DNA of 64,000 bases from Sphaerodactylus townsendi. Its lineage: Eukaryota. Position 1 is the first letter of the stretch. Each line of letters starts with the position of its first letter. Made by a program: the position numbers and the translations under genes. A model generated the notes under the pieces. The model saw only the letters and a program-made list of their open reading frames with translations. It did not search any database and had not been told where the DNA came from. Location: contig NC_059430.1 of assembly GCF_021028975.2 (NCBI RefSeq), positions 110,546,001 through 110,610,000 of the forward strand. Direction: 5' to 3'. Shown in pieces: positions 60,406-64,000 of the stretch.

Positions 60406-60821
60406 CAGGGGTAGGGAACCTTTAACACCCAAAGAGCCATTTGGACCCGTTTTCCACGGGAAAAGAAAACACTTGGAGCCACAAATAAATTTTGACATTT
60501 AAAATAAAGATAACACTATATATATAGGGGTTTTTTACCTTTTACTCCACTCATTCTGAGAAGCGCATGAATGCGCAGGACGGGCAATTATTAAGTCGGC
60601 GGCTCAGCCTCGCCGGCCGCCGGGAAAGCGCCCGCCCCGCTCCAACGGGGCAGGCGAGAGGGGAAGCCCGTGGCGTGGCCCAGCCGACCGTGGCAGTTGG
60701 TGCGCCCGCCCTGCTGCCTGCAGGGCAGGCAAGGATGGGGCCGGCGGCTCGGCTCGTGGAGCCACAGTGCAAAGTCAGAAGAGCCGCATGCGGCTCTCGA
60801 GCCGCAGGTTCCCTACCCCTG
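60406..60821. mobile_element. Young 416-bp hAT (Charlie-type) MITE
   Basis: Perfect TIR CAGGGGTAGGGAACCT, perfect 8-bp TSD TCCTAGAC, CpG-rich. Confidence 0.92.
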
Positions 60822-61476
60822 TCCTAGACCATTTCGAGATCCAGCAAAGACTGGAACCATTAATTCAAAGTGGGATGGAATAATTCATAAGGTTTGCCTT
60901 TTTTTGACAGTTTATGATCTCTTATTGTCTACCCAAAGCCATATCATACTGCTGTTATTCAAAGAACAATATCTACAACTTGCTAGCACCTTTTTTCACC
61001 TTCATCATTATTCCAACGGGTTCCGTTTTCTGACATTTGTTTTAACTATCAGGAAATGTCTTGCAAAAAATGATAGTGGCTGATTACCACTGGTTAGCTG
61101 CCGCACGCTGGAAGCTGGAGCACATCAGGGCAATATTTCTTGTCCCAACGTGCTTTCTCTTGCCCCATCTGTGCTTCTCGCTTGCCCTGCTGAAAGCAAG
61201 AACACTTCTCATGCAACTTTTGCACCCAAGCGGGGCAAGGGCAGGGCACAGCCGGCCATGGGTAATTGGCCAGGGCAAGCTTTTGAACTGCTTGATCATC
61301 CATTGAGAGGACCATTCTTCCTACCCTGTTGGGGGTGCCCAATAGGTTTCCTCCCCGCTCCCAGCTGCTGCCTGCTCGTTAGCCCTGCTTGCTGACCTAT
61401 AACCCTAGAAAGCAGAGAGCAGTGGCTGTTTCTTTTAGGACTCTTGCAAGTGCAGGAGGCACACTACATAGAAAAA

Positions 61477-62200
61477 ATGTTGCACTTACCTGTAACTGTT
61501 GCTCCTCAAGTGGTCTTCTGTGCAGGCACACATTGGGACTGTGCTTGTGCAGGACAGCCACTGTCTCAGAATAGCAAGCTTCTGTGAAGATTTCAGTACT
61601 AGAATCTTCCGGAGTGCTTCTCCCCCTCCCAACCAGAAACTCCAGGCAAGTTTTCCTGCCAAAAAGGTCATGTGATTGGGAAGGAGGAGAAACACTCCGC
61701 TCAGCTCTTTTCCCGCCTAAAAGGTCATATGATTGGGAGGGAGTCAGGACATTCCCCTCAGCTCTTTTCCGCCTAAAAGGTCATGTGATTGGGAGGGAAC
61801 AGGAACACTCACCTGAACTCTTCACACCTGCTCTGCTTGTTAGGTTCATTTACCTCAGTTTCTTCAGTCAGCTTTTCTGAGGTAAAATTGCTTCTACTTC
61901 GCTATGTCAACTAAAGGAGTAGCACTTTTAAGAAGTGCTCAATTTGTGGAGCCAAAATGTCAAGAAACAACAACACAAGGACCAGTGTTTGTGCCTGGGT
62001 GAAGGCCATATCCCTTCAACCTGTCGTTTCTGTGCTCTCCTCACACCAAAGGCCTTGGCTGTGAGAGCTTCGTGCTTGAAAGCCTCCCCATGGAAAAAAT
62101 CTCTGGCTGTTCATGGAGAGCCTTTGTCAAAATCCCCCTCTTTTGCTTCTCTCGCATCTCCAACGTCCCAGCCAACTGGATCATCAGCCCCTGCCTGAGC
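61477..62200 (+). mobile_element. DIRS-like (tyrosine-recombinase) retrotransposon 5' fragment
   Basis: GTTGCACTTACCTGTAACTG terminus; frameshifted ORF1 zinc finger FKKCSICGAKM...CLGEGHIPSTCRFCALLTPKA; three ~58-nt tandem units containing AAAAGGTCATGTGATTGGGA. Confidence 0.75.
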
Positions 62201-62433
62201 TTACGACTCCTGTAAGTATAGGAGGCATACTATGTAGAAAACTTTTATAAAACTGTATAATGATATAACCATAGCACATTTACTGTATTTCTTACAGTTA
62301 AAAAATACAATTTTTTATTTGTTTTATTGTTATTTCTTGTAATCTCCCGTTTTCCTTTAGAGGATGATTTAGGATGCAAGATCAAATGAAGTGCCATAGT
62401 GGCATTTGTTGCCCCATATCAGTTGCCCTAGGG

Positions 62434-62572
62434 CAGGGGTGGCCAACCTTTGTCACTCCAGATATTCATGGACTGCAATTCCCATCAGCCCCTGCCAGCA
62501 TGGCCAATTGGCAGGGGCTGATGGGAATTGCAGTCCATGAACATCTAGAGTGCCATGGGTTGGCCACCCCTG
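62434..62572. mobile_element. Palindromic hAT MITE
   Basis: TIR CAGGGGTGGCCAACC, TSD CCCTAGGG/CTCTAGGG. Confidence 0.9.
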
Positions 62573-62852
62573 CTCTAGGGCCACTGATAAGGTTCCAGCC
62601 TGATAACTGCTCAGGTGTGAATAATTAAGCAATTTCCCTGGTGTCGTCTTCTCCTGATTTAGGGGCTGGACCTTGGCACCAGACCACTAATTTTTGCAAG
62701 CCATCCTGACAGTGAGGATGGGTTTATAACAGTAATGTACATTCTGCGTAGTATCTTAATCTGCTCTGGAGGTGTCATGTGATTAATTATTGCATTAGGT
62801 CATTAGACTCCTCACCTATCAGTCCATGAGCACTGACCCACATAGCCTAGAG

Positions 62853-63000
62853 CAGGGGTAGGGAACCTGCGGCTCTCCAGATGTTCAGGAACTACAATTC
62901 CCATCAGCCTCTGTCAGCAAGGCCAATTGGCCATGCTGGTAGGGGCTGATGGGAATTGTAGTTCCTGAACATCTGGAGAGCCTCAGGTTCCCTACCCCTG
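62853..63000. mobile_element. Palindromic hAT MITE
   Basis: TIR CAGGGGTAGGGAACC, perfect TSD GCCTAGAG. Confidence 0.92.
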
Positions 63001-64000
63001 GCCTAGAGGCAATAAAAGGTTGTCCCTTCCCTGGTTTGGTGTGTCCTCTGAGAAGTCTCACAACAGCTTCCAGGTTCACCATTTTTCACCTTTGGATTAG
63101 GGTGCGGCTGGATATCTTAACGGATCACCTGTTGGAAGGAGTGGATTCCTGACTGGTAATATTTCACTATGATTGTGTATTCTATCCTGTCTTCATCAGT
63201 ACCTTTACTATGTTAATTAGTTCCCTGCTGGAAATAGTGTTTTGTTTATTTTGCTGTATCACTGCTTTGCCTTCAGTTACCTGCACAGTTTGTCTTGCAC
63301 TCTTTTAATACATCTTTCTTAATTATCATTGGAAGTGTTGCTTGTTTTCAGTTGGCTTCAATCTACATCTGGGCTGACCCCTTGGCTGCACACTACCAAG
63401 TTAGATAAAACAGTCCTGTGAACCTATCTTACAAGGCTGGTTTTTCCTTTGTAGCCTTGGAATTGGGTTCTTGTCCGTGCAGGGTTTTCTCTAGGTCTAG
63501 AGGAACTCCATGACATATAAACTGTCAGACATTTTTTCAAAAAAACAGTTATGTATAAAACTGTGTCTCTCAGGTCAGTTCTGTGCCCTTGTTCATCTAA
63601 TGATAGCACTGGCCCGGCTCAAAAGCATGAAACTATGTGGATTGTATTTATGTTGTTGGTGAAATTGGCGTTTGCTATTGTGAACTGGCCCCAATTTCTA
63701 TTTCACTCATTAGGCAATATCTCTGATGTTTTCACAGAACAATCCCAATTGGCTCAAACTGAAAAATAAATTCTGCTGATATCAGTAGACATTGGACATT
63801 TGTCGGGGGAAGCGGATTCACAATCATCACAGATCAGAACCCTTTGGATGGGAAAATCCAAGATATTAATGATGTTTAAAGAACAATATCCACTAACACA
63901 TGGATCCTCTATTGCATAGGTGTCAAACTCGTGGCCCTCCAGATGTTATGGACTACAGTTCCCATCATCTCCTACCAGGCAGGGGATGATGGGAACTGTA

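Noticed and set aside
60398-63008. Shared NNCTAGNN target site of hAT MITEs
   Set aside because: Matches the known Charlie-type hAT target preference, so it is not novel.

Overview
Vertebrate genomic DNA; the repeat content (Sauria/Squam-type SINEs, SPIN MITEs, Penelope fragments) points to a squamate, most likely a gecko. The only protein-coding gene I can support is a complete 10-exon MECR (mitochondrial trans-2-enoyl-CoA/ACP reductase) on the minus strand. Its CDS is complement(join(6556..6719,8704..8776,9678..9738,10127..10200,11351..11453,16185..16287,17951..18094,21092..21223,23592..23689,38902..39008)): 1059 nt, 352 aa, all introns GT-AG. It has a CpG-island promoter near 38.75-39.17 kb and a likely poly(A) signal at 5894-5899. 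The rest is intronic or intergenic DNA packed with transposons: Gypsy and DIRS relics, solo LTRs, CR1 and RTE-X-like LINEs, several SINE families, hAT/SPIN, Harbinger and Tc2 MITEs, and two non-autonomous Helitrons. There is also one 149-N gap. The most interesting signal is a family of short (~210 nt) palindromic Penelope-derived elements at 7.4, 16.5 and 39.4 kb. They share junctions, two have ~13-bp target-site duplications, and their architecture places a minimal type-I hammerhead ribozyme motif on each strand. One copy leaves an intact-core hammerhead in the sense strand of MECR intron 4. Other observations: a very short MECR presequence with a second in-frame ATG, a candidate poison exon, a SPIN MITE subfamily with a captured CORE-SINE fragment, an apparent LINE 3' transduction, and patches that look like unpolished assembly. 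All family names come from motif recognition, not from database searches.
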